Shown in pieces: positions 18,995 to 28,270 of a stretch of DNA of 64,000 nt. Each line of letters opens with the position of its first letter. Positions within the stretch are counted from its first letter, which is position 1. Under the pieces are notes generated by a model that worked only from the letters and a program-made list of their open reading frames with translations, did no database searches and had not been told where the DNA came from. Location: the IMG/VR virus record IMGVR_UViG_3300033069_000956, positions 3,810-67,809 of that record. One strand, written 5' to 3'. The position numbers and the translations under genes were made by a program. The DNA comes from a virus. Lineage: Duplodnaviria; Caudoviricetes.

Positions 18995-20679
18995 TCGGCG
19001 GCCTTCATATTGCGCGATACGGTAGCTTCGGCGGCAGCGATGCGCGCGTCGGCGATGTCGTAATAGCTGGCGTCCATCTCGATGCCGATGAAGCTGAAGC
19101 CTTCCAGCACAGCGCCGCGGCCAGTGCTGCCGGAGCCCATGAACGGGTCCAGCACCGTGCCGCCTGGCGGGGTAACAAGACGGCACAAGTACCGCATGAG
19201 ATCGGTCGGCTTCACCGTCGGGTGAGTGTTCTTATAGGCGGTGGTGCGCCCTTCACTGATTGAGCTAGGCTTGCCGCTGGTGCCGTTGGCCGTGGCAAAA
19301 GTGACGACCGGTTTTTCGAGGGTCGTGAGGCCGTCGTCGCGGTCTTTCTTGGACGCCTTGGCGGCGTAAGCGAAGCGCTTACCGGAGCCCAGACCCCCAG
19401 CTTCCGTACTCTGCGGCGTGCATTTTAATGTGACAGGCGCGGCAGAGCCATCGGATCTCCAGTGGCTTATCGTAATCGTCGTGATGCCGGTCGGCTCGGT
19501 TGCTTCCGCAACGCTCGCACGGGCATTGAGTAGGAAAGGCTTTACGTGCGGCGACTCGAGCGAGCACCCGCTTTCGAAACTCAGGATCGTCGCGATAGCG
19601 GCTTCGCTTATCCGCTTTAACTCGTTCGGCGTGACGGTCGTAGAAAGACCCGTCAAATCGTTTAACTGCCTGCCCCCGTACGACGCCCAAGTTACTGCAT
19701 CGCTTAGAGCAGAACCGACGGCTCGGTTTGACAGGCTGGAAGAGTTGTCCGCAGTGTTCGCAAGCTCTGGGTTCCATTGGCCGAGTATGGCCTTTGCTCG
19801 CCAGATAAGCAACTCCCCTTCGTCGTGTTCTGCACTCTTAAAGAAGCGGGCGGCGCTGCCGCTGTCATCGCGCCGCGCGCCGGGCTTCATTTTGAAACCA
19901 ACCGTCCCGTCGTTCGGATCGTTTGCGCTGGCTTCGCCTTCCCGGCCGTTGCCGCGCTTCATATTGCCGTAGACGTTCTGGGTCTTGCGACTCTCGCTGC
20001 TGCTGCTGGCGTCGGCGATCTGGCCGCGCGCCTGCGGGAAGGCGGCGAGCACTTCGTCGCTGCCATCGTGGATGATGTTGGCGGGCCAGCGGCCCGGCTT
20101 CATCGTGCCGTGGTATTCGACGCCACCCTCTTCAGGCCGCCAGTTACCGCCGGTTTTGTCGAGGGTCGCTCCGGGTTTCAGACGCTTTACAGTGTATTCA
20201 CCGCCCTGCGCATCGTCGCCGTGGATGCGGGCGCCGTCGATGTTCAACGCCCCGACGCCGTGCTTCGCCAGATTGGCGGACACCGTTCCGATCAGCGGCT
20301 TGCGCGCGACGACGATTGGCTCGTGCGCTGGCTTGAGGGCTGTGCCCCAACCTTCCCAGTCGCCGTCTTGGTTGGAAGATTTCGGAAACCCGCTGCCGTA
20401 AATCCACATGATCTGATCACGGATTTCGAAGCCGGCGTCTTCAATGGCGACCGCCATGCGGTGGTATGTCCGACTGCCGCCGAACGACAACAGGTGCCCA
20501 CCAGGTTTGAGAACGCGCAGGACCTCTTGCCAGATGCCGATGTCCGGAACGTCGTAATCCCAATGCTTACCCATAAACGCCAACCCGTATGGCGGGTCGG
20601 TGACGACCGCGTCAATCGAACTCGCGTCAAATTCCTTGAGCACTTCGCGGCAATCGCCTTCGATGATTTCTACAGGCAT
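18991..20679 (-). CDS. DNA N6-adenine/N4-cytosine methyltransferase (beta class) with internal 157-aa insertion
   Basis: ATG 20679 after AAAAAGGAACC; TDPPY motif [19 protein letters not shown] motif I. Confidence 0.9.
   Translation of the reverse strand: MPVEIIEGDCREVLKEFDASSIDAVVTDPPYGLAFMGKHWDYDVPDIGIWQEVLRVLKPGGHLLSFGGSRTYHRMAVAIEDAGFEIRDQIMWIYGSGFPKSSNQDGDWEGWGTALKPAHEPIVVARKPLIGTVSANLAKHGVGALNIDGARIHGDDAQGGEYTVKRLKPGATLDKTGGNWRPEEGGVEYHGTMKPGRWPANIIHDGSDEVLAAFPQARGQIADASSSSESRKTQNVYGNMKRGNGREGEASANDPNDGTVGFKMKPGARRDDSGSAARFFKSAEHDEGELLIWRAKAILGQWNPELANTADNSSSLSNRAVGSALSDAVTWASYGGRQLNDLTGLSTTVTPNELKRISEAAIATILSFESGCSLESPHVKPFLLNARASVAEATEPTGITTITISHWRSDGSAAPVTLKCTPQSTEAGGLGSGKRFAYAAKASKKDRDDGLTTLEKPVVTFATANGTSGKPSSISEGRTTAYKNTHPTVKPTDLMRYLCRLVTPPGGTVLDPFMGSGSTGRGAVLEGFSFIGIEMDASYYDIADARIAAAEATVSRNMKAAE
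19369..19839 (-). mobile_element. In-frame insertion in methylase carrying an out-of-frame HNH gene
   Basis: Removing these 471 nt restores [14 protein letters not shown]; no intein termini; HNH ORF nested in another frame. Confidence 0.75.
19379..19777 (-). CDS. Overprinted Zn-finger/HNH endonuclease (hidden in methylase)
   Basis: CEHCGQLF...RFCSKRC and [34 protein letters not shown]. Confidence 0.82.
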   Translation of the reverse strand: MEPRACEHCGQLFQPVKPSRRFCSKRCSNLGVVRGQAVKRFDGSFYDRHAERVKADKRSRYRDDPEFRKRVLARVAARKAFPTQCPCERCGSNRADRHHDDYDKPLEIRWLCRACHIKMHAAEYGSWGSGLR

Positions 20680-20725
20680 GGTGGTTCCTTTTTGTCTGCA
20701 CCCTGTAAGCCGGGCGGCGCTCATA

Positions 20726-22933
20726 TCATTTGTGGTAGTACCAGTCGGTTACTACTTCGGCGGCCAAGGGCAAGCCCTCGGTCCAGTCGAAGCCAGCAAC
20801 CATAGCGGCTTCCAGTCGTTCGGAAAAGCCACTAGCCGTTGTGGTGTCCACCTCGCAGAGCAACTCGTCGTGGGTGTGGCCAATGATCTCAGCCTCAGTT
20901 TCCTCGGCGCTCAAACGACGGATCGTTGCGCGCAGAATAGAAGCGGCGGCGGCCTGTGTACCGTTCTGCCCTAGCTTCCCTCCGTAGGTCATACTACGGC
21001 CCATGCCGTTAAGATAGGTCAATTGCGTTGTCATCTCGCCGAAGCGCTCTATCTTCTCATAGCGCGCCATTGGGTAGACCAACGGACGACCGCACGGCAG
21101 GAAAGTGATCAGCGACCCGCCGAGCAGGCCCGGATAGAAAGCGAAGGCTAATCGCCCAGCTGGGAACGTTGTCCCCGGTCGGTTCATTGCCAACCGCGCA
21201 GCTTCGTCGCACTGGTTCCAGAATACTTTAGCCCAGCGATTACGGGCTCTCCAGCCATCGACGATCAACTGCGCTTCTTCGTTGGTAACACGCACTCCGT
21301 AGCCACGTGCCATGGCACGGTAGGCCCCGACAGAACCGCCGAACTGAAGGCTAAGCCCCGAAATTTTACCGGCCTGGCGCATACCGGTATAAACAGGATC
21401 ATGCTCAGCGACACCAGCAACAATCGTTTCAACCTCGACCCCGAAGATGGCCGCGGCATTCAGAATGTAAATGTCCTCACCGTTCCGGTACGGTGTCAGG
21501 ATGGTGTCCTCGGCGGCGCGCGAGTTCGCCAGCCATGGCATCACGCGCGCTTCGATGGCGGACCAGTCGCCCCATACGAAAGTCTTGCCTTTCGGCGCTA
21601 CGAAGGTCGGGCGAATGAGGCGCGACAACACCGTGCTGATCGGCGTGCGACCTTCAGCGGCGCGCTCAACGTCTATCTCTTTCTTACTGATCGGGAGGTG
21701 CCGTATCTTGTCGATAGGCGTTCTGGCAGCGATCATATCCAGCACGTGAAGTTCGTTCGGCATAGCATCGCGCACGAGGTTGTGGACCTGGATGCCGCGC
21801 GAACTCCCGCGGCCGGTTTGCCCGGCGCCGTTGAACACGTACTGCCCAAAGATGCGCCCTTCGACTTCTTGGTGCAGCATCTTTTCGAACTTAACGGCGG
21901 ACGACGACCGACCGTACTGCAACAATTCAAGCAGCTCTATCACGTCGTCCTCCGGCGGCGTGCTAGACACGTGTATGTCCTCCAATAACTGGGTTAGCAC
22001 GACCTTGGACCCAGTAAGCCGGGTGACGTAACCCTCGTCGTCGCGCTGCTTCACCATCGTCTCGGCAAGGTCGTCCGATAGCCTATCGTACAGCCATTCG
22101 TTGATGCGCTTTGTCAGCGTCGGGCTGGTGATCGCGCCACCGGTGATCTCGGTAATGCGCTCGATCGTGTAGCGCTCTTCCTCTTCGCGGTAGAGCACCG
22201 CCGCTGCTGCTATCTCGAGGTCTACCGGCATGCCCCGATCATTTATATGCTCGTTATCCCAGTACTCCCGCCACTCAGTGGCGTCCAGGGGTCGCGTGCA
22301 CTTCCACACGTCGCGCGTCAGCTCGGTGTCCTGCACCGAGTAATCAAGATAGGTTTCCCAGACGCCGATGGCCGTGGCGATGGCCTGCTCGCGCGTGCGC
22401 CCGTTCGCCATCAGCGCGGCAATGTCCGCCGGGGAGCCGGGCAGTGGATGGGCGCGGTCGGCGAAGCGCTTCATGATCGCCTTGCCGCCAATAGTTTTTG
22501 TGCCCAATCCGAGCGCGCGACCGGCGAAGTCGAGTGCGCCGGGAAGGTTCGAGGCCAGCGCCTGGCACATGGCGTCGAGTGTCTGTTCGATCTCGATGCG
22601 CGGCCAGCCGTGGTCAGGCGTCACCACCTGCTGCCATACCTGCCGATCGAACGCCTGATTCCAGCCACAGACGTAAGTGTCGGGGCGCTTGAGCGCCTCA
22701 ACCACCTCGGCCGGGCACTCGCCGACGGCAGCCATGCGGCCCTTCACATAGGCCCACACCTCGGGCACCAGTTCACTGCTCAGGTCCGGGCACCACAGTT
22801 TGATCGGGTCGTCGTCCAGCCCCCAGCTCCACAGCAGCGCGCGCGTGCTGGTGTCGAGGACGTACTTGAGCCCGCCGGTGATGGTCAGGTCGGCTTCGGA
22901 TTGCGTTTCAAAGTCCTGGAAGATGATGGTCAC
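20726..22933 (-). CDS. polA: DNA polymerase family A (3'-5' exonuclease + polymerase)
   Basis: QDFETQS exo I, WNQAFD exo II, GDWSAIEARV motif A, RQAGKISGLSLQFG motif B, HTHDEL motif C. Confidence 0.92.
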   Translation of the reverse strand: MTIIFQDFETQSEADLTITGGLKYVLDTSTRALLWSWGLDDDPIKLWCPDLSSELVPEVWAYVKGRMAAVGECPAEVVEALKRPDTYVCGWNQAFDRQVWQQVVTPDHGWPRIEIEQTLDAMCQALASNLPGALDFAGRALGLGTKTIGGKAIMKRFADRAHPLPGSPADIAALMANGRTREQAIATAIGVWETYLDYSVQDTELTRDVWKCTRPLDATEWREYWDNEHINDRGMPVDLEIAAAAVLYREEEERYTIERITEITGGAITSPTLTKRINEWLYDRLSDDLAETMVKQRDDEGYVTRLTGSKVVLTQLLEDIHVSSTPPEDDVIELLELLQYGRSSSAVKFEKMLHQEVEGRIFGQYVFNGAGQTGRGSSRGIQVHNLVRDAMPNELHVLDMIAARTPIDKIRHLPISKKEIDVERAAEGRTPISTVLSRLIRPTFVAPKGKTFVWGDWSAIEARVMPWLANSRAAEDTILTPYRNGEDIYILNAAAIFGVEVETIVAGVAEHDPVYTGMRQAGKISGLSLQFGGSVGAYRAMARGYGVRVTNEEAQLIVDGWRARNRWAKVFWNQCDEAARLAMNRPGTTFPAGRLAFAFYPGLLGGSLITFLPCGRPLVYPMARYEKIERFGEMTTQLTYLNGMGRSMTYGGKLGQNGTQAAAASILRATIRRLSAEETEAEIIGHTHDELLCEVDTTTASGFSERLEAAMVAGFDWTEGLPLAAEVVTDWYYHK

Positions 22934-23601
22934 GGTGTCACTGCCTCGTACTTCACGTCTATGACCGGGCCGCTGTCGTACATGCGTTTCGGCAACTTCG
23001 GGTATTCTGGCACGACCGCGTACCGTAGCGCAGCGAGCATAGTTTTGCGCTGCGCTTTAGTCCCGTTCAGGAAGAAATACCGGTGCTTATCCATAGGGGG
23101 TACTGTCGCCACCCCGTTTTCTTTAGCCCATCGTTTGGGGTCTGTTATGCCCCGGTCACGTAGCGTCATCGGGTGGGTGCGCTTCCCGTCCACTAGATAG
23201 GCGTGGTCGTGCGATCGGGTGGCGCCGGTGTAAAGCCAGTTGGTCGCCTGATAGACAACGCCGGCGTGACCCCATTCGGTGTCCGCATAGGACACCACAG
23301 CGCTCGGCTGGTCCAGCATCTTCAGCGAACGTCCCACCAGTATAGACGCTGCGTTGCGCATCTCGGTCTGCACGACCAACCGCGCCAATTCATAAAGGCG
23401 AAACTCACGGTTAGCGAAAGCGTGCTTCTGCACCGGCGCGCTGGGTTGGCCGTACACCACTACGCCATCGATCATACCGTCGATAACGAGGCCAAACCCC
23501 GCCCAAAATATCGGTGCTCTGTGAGAATAGTGCTGGGCAACAATGAACTGCTCGGCAGTTTTCTTGTCAATTGGCACGACGGATACGCCTTCGGTCGACA
23601 T
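22930..23601 (-). CDS. Mom-like (GNAT-fold) DNA modification protein
   Basis: HYSH, GVVVYGQP, YELARL, VVSYAD..WGHAGVVYQATNWLYTG: Mu Mom-family pattern. Confidence 0.75.
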   Translation of the reverse strand: MSTEGVSVVPIDKKTAEQFIVAQHYSHRAPIFWAGFGLVIDGMIDGVVVYGQPSAPVQKHAFANREFRLYELARLVVQTEMRNAASILVGRSLKMLDQPSAVVSYADTEWGHAGVVYQATNWLYTGATRSHDHAYLVDGKRTHPMTLRDRGITDPKRWAKENGVATVPPMDKHRYFFLNGTKAQRKTMLAALRYAVVPEYPKLPKRMYDSGPVIDVKYEAVTP

Positions 23602-23676
23602 GTTTGTGGTTCCCTTTGCGGCAGAAAGCGAGACCGGCGGCGAACCGCCGGTCTCAATGCGCGTCAAGCCCGAGGG

Positions 23677-23979
23677 CTACTCTTCAGCGTCCGCCGGGGA
23701 GGGCGTGCCGACGGCCCGTGAGTAGGTGTCGACCAGTGCATCCTGTTCGGCCCGGACGGCGGCCTCCATGGCGCGCCTCCGGATAATGATACGCATGATC
23801 TTGGGGTCGAAGCCCTGCGTCTTGGCGATCGTGAACCGATCTCGGATGTCCGACGAGATGTCGGCCTTGTCCTCGTTCAGCTTCTCGATGGCCTCGATGT
23901 GCGCCCTCAGTTCAGCGCCGGAGTTACCCCCGGAGCCAAACGTTCGGGCGCCATCTTCATCGCCTTTGGAGCGGGCCAT
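23677..23979 (-). CDS. DUF2312/GapR-like nucleoid-associated protein
   Basis: LRAHIEAIEKLNEDKADISSDIRDRFTIAKTQGFDPKIMRIIIRRR. Confidence 0.85.
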   Translation of the reverse strand: MARSKGDEDGARTFGSGGNSGAELRAHIEAIEKLNEDKADISSDIRDRFTIAKTQGFDPKIMRIIIRRRAMEAAVRAEQDALVDTYSRAVGTPSPADAEE

Positions 23980-23982
23980 GGC

Positions 23983-24783
23983 TTAGCGCCGCTGCCGGCG
24001 GCGGGGCGTGGCGTCGTCGCCGGCCTGAGCGGCCTGCTCCGCTGCGTACTGCTCGGCGATAGCATCGTCCTCGTCAGCCGGTTCGTCATTGGGCTGAGCG
24101 GCGGCGCGGGTACGCGGGGCCGGTTCGTCCGCGGGCGTGTCTTCGACAGGCGAGCCATCATCCAGCGCGCGCCAGTCCTCGATCTTGAAGATCGGGTTGA
24201 TGATGTTGCCGTACTGCTTGTGCTTGTACTTGTCGAAGCTGAGCTTGACGATTGGCACCACCAGATCGCCCTTGTTGGCCTGGCCTTCGATGGCAGTGAT
24301 CAGGGCGCCGAACAGCTTCATCGCCCCGGTCGAGGACTGCTTGTACTCAACCGTCGTTCCGGCGTCTTCGCCGGAGATGCAGGTCAGTTCAACCGAGCGC
24401 TGGCCCTGATATTCGAGCTGCTCACTGCGGCCGGACTTCTTGTCGGGTGTGCCCATGGGCAGTTCCGGCAGGGTGTCCCTGGCGGGCAGGGGGCGCTGCA
24501 GGGCCGAGACCATGATCTCCTGCACCGGCGGTCCGCCTGCATTGGTATCCCATGCCACCCAGCCGTGCTTGAGACTGAGCGGGTTGACGGCCCACAGGCT
24601 GTCGGGCTCGACAACGGTTTCTTCCTGGCCGAACACCCAGTCGCCGTTGTTCTTGTCCATCTTGAGGTAGGCGTTAGTCCCGCCGGCAGCGGGCATGGAC
24701 ATGGCCGCGTTGTTCAGGCCCTTGGCCAGATCCGCGCGGTTGATCAGGCCGAAGCCCGTGCTACGTGTAGCAATTTCACCCAT
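23983..24783 (-). CDS. Putative single-stranded DNA-binding protein
   Basis: YLKMDKNNGDWVFGQE...HGWVAW; acidic low-complexity C-tail; located between exonuclease and PolA. Confidence 0.6.
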   Translation of the reverse strand: MGEIATRSTGFGLINRADLAKGLNNAAMSMPAAGGTNAYLKMDKNNGDWVFGQEETVVEPDSLWAVNPLSLKHGWVAWDTNAGGPPVQEIMVSALQRPLPARDTLPELPMGTPDKKSGRSEQLEYQGQRSVELTCISGEDAGTTVEYKQSSTGAMKLFGALITAIEGQANKGDLVVPIVKLSFDKYKHKQYGNIINPIFKIEDWRALDDGSPVEDTPADEPAPRTRAAAQPNDEPADEDDAIAEQYAAEQAAQAGDDATPRRRQRR

Positions 24784-24873
24784 AGTCTTTTCGTCTTTCT
24801 CTTTGCTTGGTCAGCCATTTGGCTGGAACCTCGGAAGCCGCCGAGGCGCCGGATGCCGGGTTACCCCGGAATT

Positions 24874-25245
24874 TCATTCTGCCTGATCGGTATCGGGCAT
24901 GGCTTGGAAAACGTCATCCATAACTTGGACAACGCCAAGCGAGAGGCTCAGCATGATCTCGTTATAGTGCCCGCGCAGGTAGCCTTCGAACGCCATCGCG
25001 GCGTCCACCACCTGCTTGGGTTCAGAGGCGCGCAGGTTACTGCCGTTCGCCTTCATGGTCTGGTACATGGACCCGTCCTTGACGATGGTCTCCTTGTGAT
25101 AGGAGACGGCCATCATCAGTGCCGTGGCGCGCAGCTTTTCGTCTCGGCTCAGGTCCAGGTTCATGTTGAGGATTTCCGGCACGTTCGGCAGACCTGCGGC
25201 CCCCGCAATCTGGTCCTTGATATCGTCTTCAGGTTCGTCGTTCAT
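24874..25245 (-). CDS. Hypothetical protein
   Basis: 123 aa, AAAGGAACC RBS, host-like codon use. Confidence 0.6.
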   Translation of the reverse strand: MNDEPEDDIKDQIAGAAGLPNVPEILNMNLDLSRDEKLRATALMMAVSYHKETIVKDGSMYQTMKANGSNLRASEPKQVVDAAMAFEGYLRGHYNEIMLSLSLGVVQVMDDVFQAMPDTDQAE

Positions 25246-25259
25246 TGGTTTGGTTCCTT

Positions 25260-26444
25260 TCAGCGAGCAGCCAACCGGTCGGCGAGCGTCTTGAGAGCGC
25301 CGCCGGGCAGCGCCACGGCGGGGCGCTTGTCAGTGGCGGGGGCGAGGGTGGTGCCAGAGGACCGGCTTTCAACCAGGGCCTTGGGGAGTTCATCAGGAAG
25401 CCCGGCGGCTTTCAATGCCTTTTCCGCCTGGGCGGGCGAGATGAGCTTCTTGACATGGCGGTCAGCGGCGGGCAGGCCGATCTTGGCGAAGTACTTTACC
25501 GCCTTCTCCTCGTCGGTCCAGTTGCGCGTCGCGCGCCCACTAACCAGTTTCCACCCCGGGATCGGCTGCCCCTGCTCGAGCACGGCGTGCGCCATATCCT
25601 TGAGCCGTTTGCCGAGATCAATCATGGCATCGGCATAAGGAAGCTTCTCGGCCAACTCCTCGGCCAACTCCTCGGGCGACAGCGCCAGCGTCTCGGTGGC
25701 CATGTTGTTATACAGCGGGCAACCAATCTTGCCCGAGCAGAACTTGCACCACGCGCCGAGCTTGAACGGTGCGTCTGGCTCAAGCGCCTTCTCGACGGCG
25801 TGCTTGAGATCGATGGCAAAGGCGTCAAGCTGAAGGTAAGAAGTCATCCAGCGCGTCATCGGCTCGCCCTCGTTCATGCGCGGGCTCACGATGAAAAGTT
25901 CGATCGGCGTGTCTCGGTCAAAGAACTTGTCCGTCGGGGGCGTGTGCGCGGCGGCGTAGGCGTAGTAGAGCAACTGGCTGTTCGCCTCGGCGTCAACCGG
26001 CACCCCCCGACCCAGTTTCCAATCGAGGACCACCGTACGGTCGCGGGCTCGCCCGACAATATCGACGGTCCCGAAAGCGCCGTCGATGCCCGGGAAGACA
26101 ACACGCTGCTCGTTGAAGAAGTCGATGCCGCCCAGTTCCTTATCGAGGTCATCGAAGATCGCCAGCGACGGCGCGATCGCCTCGTCATAGAACTCTTCAG
26201 TGATGACGATCTTGTTGAAAGTCAGACCGATGACGTCACGGTCGTTGCGCGTCTTGCCCTGCAGGATCATGTCAATGGCCTCGTGGCCGGCGGTACCTTC
26301 TTCGGCGAATTCGCTCGACTTGGACGGGTACTTCTCGCACAGGAGCATTGACCCCGGGCACTCGATAACCCGCTTGGCTGAGGACCCTCCGACGCTGGAG
26401 TGCGCGCGCGCAGTGTGGTCGATAACGGCTACATCCTTGGTCAC
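25260..26444 (-). CDS. DUF2800 Cas4-like/PD-(D/E)XK exonuclease
   Basis: HSSVGGSSAKRVIECPGS, FGTVDIV, VLDWKLG, NSQLLYYA, GAWCKFC. Confidence 0.85.
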   Translation of the reverse strand: MTKDVAVIDHTARAHSSVGGSSAKRVIECPGSMLLCEKYPSKSSEFAEEGTAGHEAIDMILQGKTRNDRDVIGLTFNKIVITEEFYDEAIAPSLAIFDDLDKELGGIDFFNEQRVVFPGIDGAFGTVDIVGRARDRTVVLDWKLGRGVPVDAEANSQLLYYAYAAAHTPPTDKFFDRDTPIELFIVSPRMNEGEPMTRWMTSYLQLDAFAIDLKHAVEKALEPDAPFKLGAWCKFCSGKIGCPLYNNMATETLALSPEELAEELAEKLPYADAMIDLGKRLKDMAHAVLEQGQPIPGWKLVSGRATRNWTDEEKAVKYFAKIGLPAADRHVKKLISPAQAEKALKAAGLPDELPKALVESRSSGTTLAPATDKRPAVALPGGALKTLADRLAAR

Positions 26445-26629
26445 GTCGGTTCCTCTGTGTCGTTCAGTTTGTGCAGGAGCGCCACGACCAGGTCGCGCAG
26501 CGCAGGCTGGGCGTCGGTCATGTTCATGACATCGACGATGTGCTGAGCTTCGTCGAGCGAGACCGGCCAGAAATCGCCGGTGTCGCTGTCGCGGTGGTGG
26601 ATCTCGCCGTCAATCAGGGCGTACTTCAT
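26441..26629 (-). CDS. Hypothetical protein
   Basis: 62 aa, overlapping start/stop with neighbours. Confidence 0.55.
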   Translation of the reverse strand: MKYALIDGEIHHRDSDTGDFWPVSLDEAQHIVDVMNMTDAQPALRDLVVALLHKLNDTEEPT

Positions 26630-26895
26630 GGGCGGCCCAACTGCTTGCGCGACCCGGTGACGGACAGCTTACCGTGCACGTCCGCCACCAGACTGTCTGC
26701 GTTCGCGCCGTTCAGGTCGATGTCGTCCCATGACAGGCTCGGCACAGACGTCCCGCCGCCCTTGTACAGTCGAACAAAACCGGCGCCGAAAGCGGCGTAG
26801 ACCGCCTCGCCGCGGACATAGACCTTGGCCTGCTTCCACACGCCCTTGGTGCGCAGGATAACCGCCGCCTCGTCGATGATGTGAAAACGGTCCAT
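26626..26895 (-). CDS. Hypothetical protein
   Basis: 89 aa, translationally coupled. Confidence 0.6.
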   Translation of the reverse strand: MDRFHIIDEAAVILRTKGVWKQAKVYVRGEAVYAAFGAGFVRLYKGGGTSVPSLSWDDIDLNGANADSLVADVHGKLSVTGSRKQLGRP

Positions 26896-27383
26896 TAGCG
26901 CGCGCTCCCTGCTCGTATGGTTTCGATTGCCCGGTGGGCGTAGCTCTGGTCCTGCGGACGCAGTACCTTGAGCACTTCAGCAGCGGCATGCAGCCGCTGA
27001 GTTTCGTGGTAGAGATTCTGCGACCAACGGTGCAGGCGCACGGCGATGCTGATCAGTGCATCTTCCTGTGTGGGCTTGGCCCACGCCTGGCCGCCATCGT
27101 TAGAGACCCAGCGTTTGCGTAACGTGCTCACGTTCCAGCCGAGGCCGTCAGTGCGGCGCTCACGCCAAGCATCCGGGTCTATCCATGCGCCCTTGGGCGT
27201 GACAGACAGGACCGGGTAGGCGACCAACCGAATACCGTCCACACAATTGTCAGCGTCACTCCACCAAGCACGCCAGCGATGCGTGTCTGGCGCATCTCCG
27301 AGATCGTCCTGGTTGAAGTCCTTGTATATCTTCGGGGCGATTTCGACGTGCGTGCCGTAGAGAATATCGAGGGCACCCATCAC
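26895..27383 (-). CDS. Hypothetical protein
   Basis: 162 aa, Trp-rich, coupled. Confidence 0.55.
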   Translation of the reverse strand: MMGALDILYGTHVEIAPKIYKDFNQDDLGDAPDTHRWRAWWSDADNCVDGIRLVAYPVLSVTPKGAWIDPDAWRERRTDGLGWNVSTLRKRWVSNDGGQAWAKPTQEDALISIAVRLHRWSQNLYHETQRLHAAAEVLKVLRPQDQSYAHRAIETIRAGSAR

Positions 27384-27592
27384 TCACTGTCTTCTTCGTA
27401 AGTCGTCACTTTCCAGATGGTGTTGATATCGCCGCCGTAAGTGTTCTCGATGTCCACTTCGGTGTCGGCGGGAGCGCCAACGGCGTTGCGCAAGATCGCG
27501 TCGTAATCATCCCGGACCAGCGTGCAGGTGGTCGTGATCGTCTTGGTTGTTCCCGTGCGCACTTTCATGGCGCTGGTCGTCGTCTTGCCCAT
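27380..27592 (-). CDS. Hypothetical protein
   Basis: 70 aa, Thr-rich, GAGGGG RBS. Confidence 0.5.
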   Translation of the reverse strand: MGKTTTSAMKVRTGTTKTITTTCTLVRDDYDAILRNAVGAPADTEVDIENTYGGDINTIWKVTTYEEDSE

Positions 27593-27594
27593 GG

Positions 27595-27825
27595 TCAGCC
27601 CCCTCGGTAAGCGCGCGACACCCGGCGGCCGGGGCCGTTCTTGATGTGCGGGCCGGGCTTGAGTTCGCCCGCCTGGTAGGCCGCCACCAGCGCCTCGACG
27701 GCGGCAGCGCGGCTGATGTTGAACTCGGTGGCGATCGAATCAATGACCGCCAGCGGCTTGGCGTAGAGCAGCAGGTGGATGTCGTGCTTCTCACCGAGCA
27801 CGGCGATGTGTTTGTCGAGCGGCAT
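27595..27825 (-). CDS. Small putative DNA-binding (RHH/HTH-like) protein
   Basis: IDSIATEFNISRAAAVEALV; first gene after the divergent promoter; AAAGGAG RBS. Confidence 0.5.
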   Translation of the reverse strand: MPLDKHIAVLGEKHDIHLLLYAKPLAVIDSIATEFNISRAAAVEALVAAYQAGELKPGPHIKNGPGRRVSRAYRGG

Positions 27826-27842
27826 ATGGGCTCCTTTCGTTG

Positions 27843-27878
27843 TTGACGGATTAGCACCAACAGGTTATAGATGTCAAC
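27843..27878. promoter_or_regulatory. Overlapping divergent sigma70-type promoters
   Basis: +: TTGACG-17-TATAGA (27843-27871); -: TTGACA (27877-27872) with GCTAAT; at the strand switch. Confidence 0.6.
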
Positions 27879-27906
27879 CAGAATTATGGACGCGAAAGGA
27901 ACCGCC

Positions 27907-28203
27907 GTGAAGCCTGAACTGGAGCGCGCTCTTGAAGAGCGGTGCGTGGCCAAGGTCGAGGCGCTCGGTGGCGTGGCGCTCAAGCTCATGATCCCTGGCG
28001 CGCGCGGCTTCCCGGACCGGACCGTGCTGCTGCCGGGCGGGCGGATAGCCTTCTGCGAGTTCAAGCGCCTCAAGACCGGGCGCGTCTCAGCCCAGCAAAC
28101 GCGCTGGGCGACAGTGTTGCGGCGGCTGGGGTTCGAGGTCCATGTGATCGACACCGACGCACAATTCGATGCTTTCTTGAAACGGGAACTTGATGCGCGA
28201 TAA
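27907..28203 (+). CDS. VRR-NUC domain nuclease
   Basis: GARGFPDRTVL...FCEFKR...SAQQ; GTG start after AAAGGAACC. Confidence 0.85.
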   Translation: MKPELERALEERCVAKVEALGGVALKLMIPGARGFPDRTVLLPGGRIAFCEFKRLKTGRVSAQQTRWATVLRRLGFEVHVIDTDAQFDAFLKRELDAR

Positions 28204-28270
28204 GTCAGACCTCCACGAGTACCAGCCTTTCGCCGCGTACAATTACCCCGACACCAAGGAAAAAGATTGA
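28193..28270 (+). pseudogene. 25-codon mini-ORF resembling a helicase N-terminus
   Basis: MRDKSDLHEYQ... versus helicase MRRYEDLDELQ; coupled on both sides. Confidence 0.4.

Noticed and set aside
16643-19186. ORF-track start extensions (19186, 20724, 571, 59484, 49083, 27871, 23667)
   Set aside because: Downstream starts with RBS or stop-start coupling (18994, 20679, 637, 59544, 49260, 27907, 23601) fit better. 49083 versus 49260 remains uncertain.
19369-19839. Intein in the methylase
   Set aside because: No N-terminal Cys/Ser block A, no TxxH block B and no terminal HN/HQ.
23899-25638. 579-aa plus-strand ORF and other long antisense ORFs (e.g. 52303-53583, 5580-6836, 7446-8666, 11055-12191)
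   Set aside because: They mirror well-supported GC3-rich genes on the opposite strand and show no motifs or RBS. This is the expected shadow-ORF artefact at 65% GC, unlike the same-strand nested HNHs, which carry full catalytic motifs.
25260-26444. Cas4-like gene as evidence of a CRISPR system
   Set aside because: Its context (SSB, PolA, VRR-NUC, SNF2) is the standard DUF2800 replication module, and no array is present.
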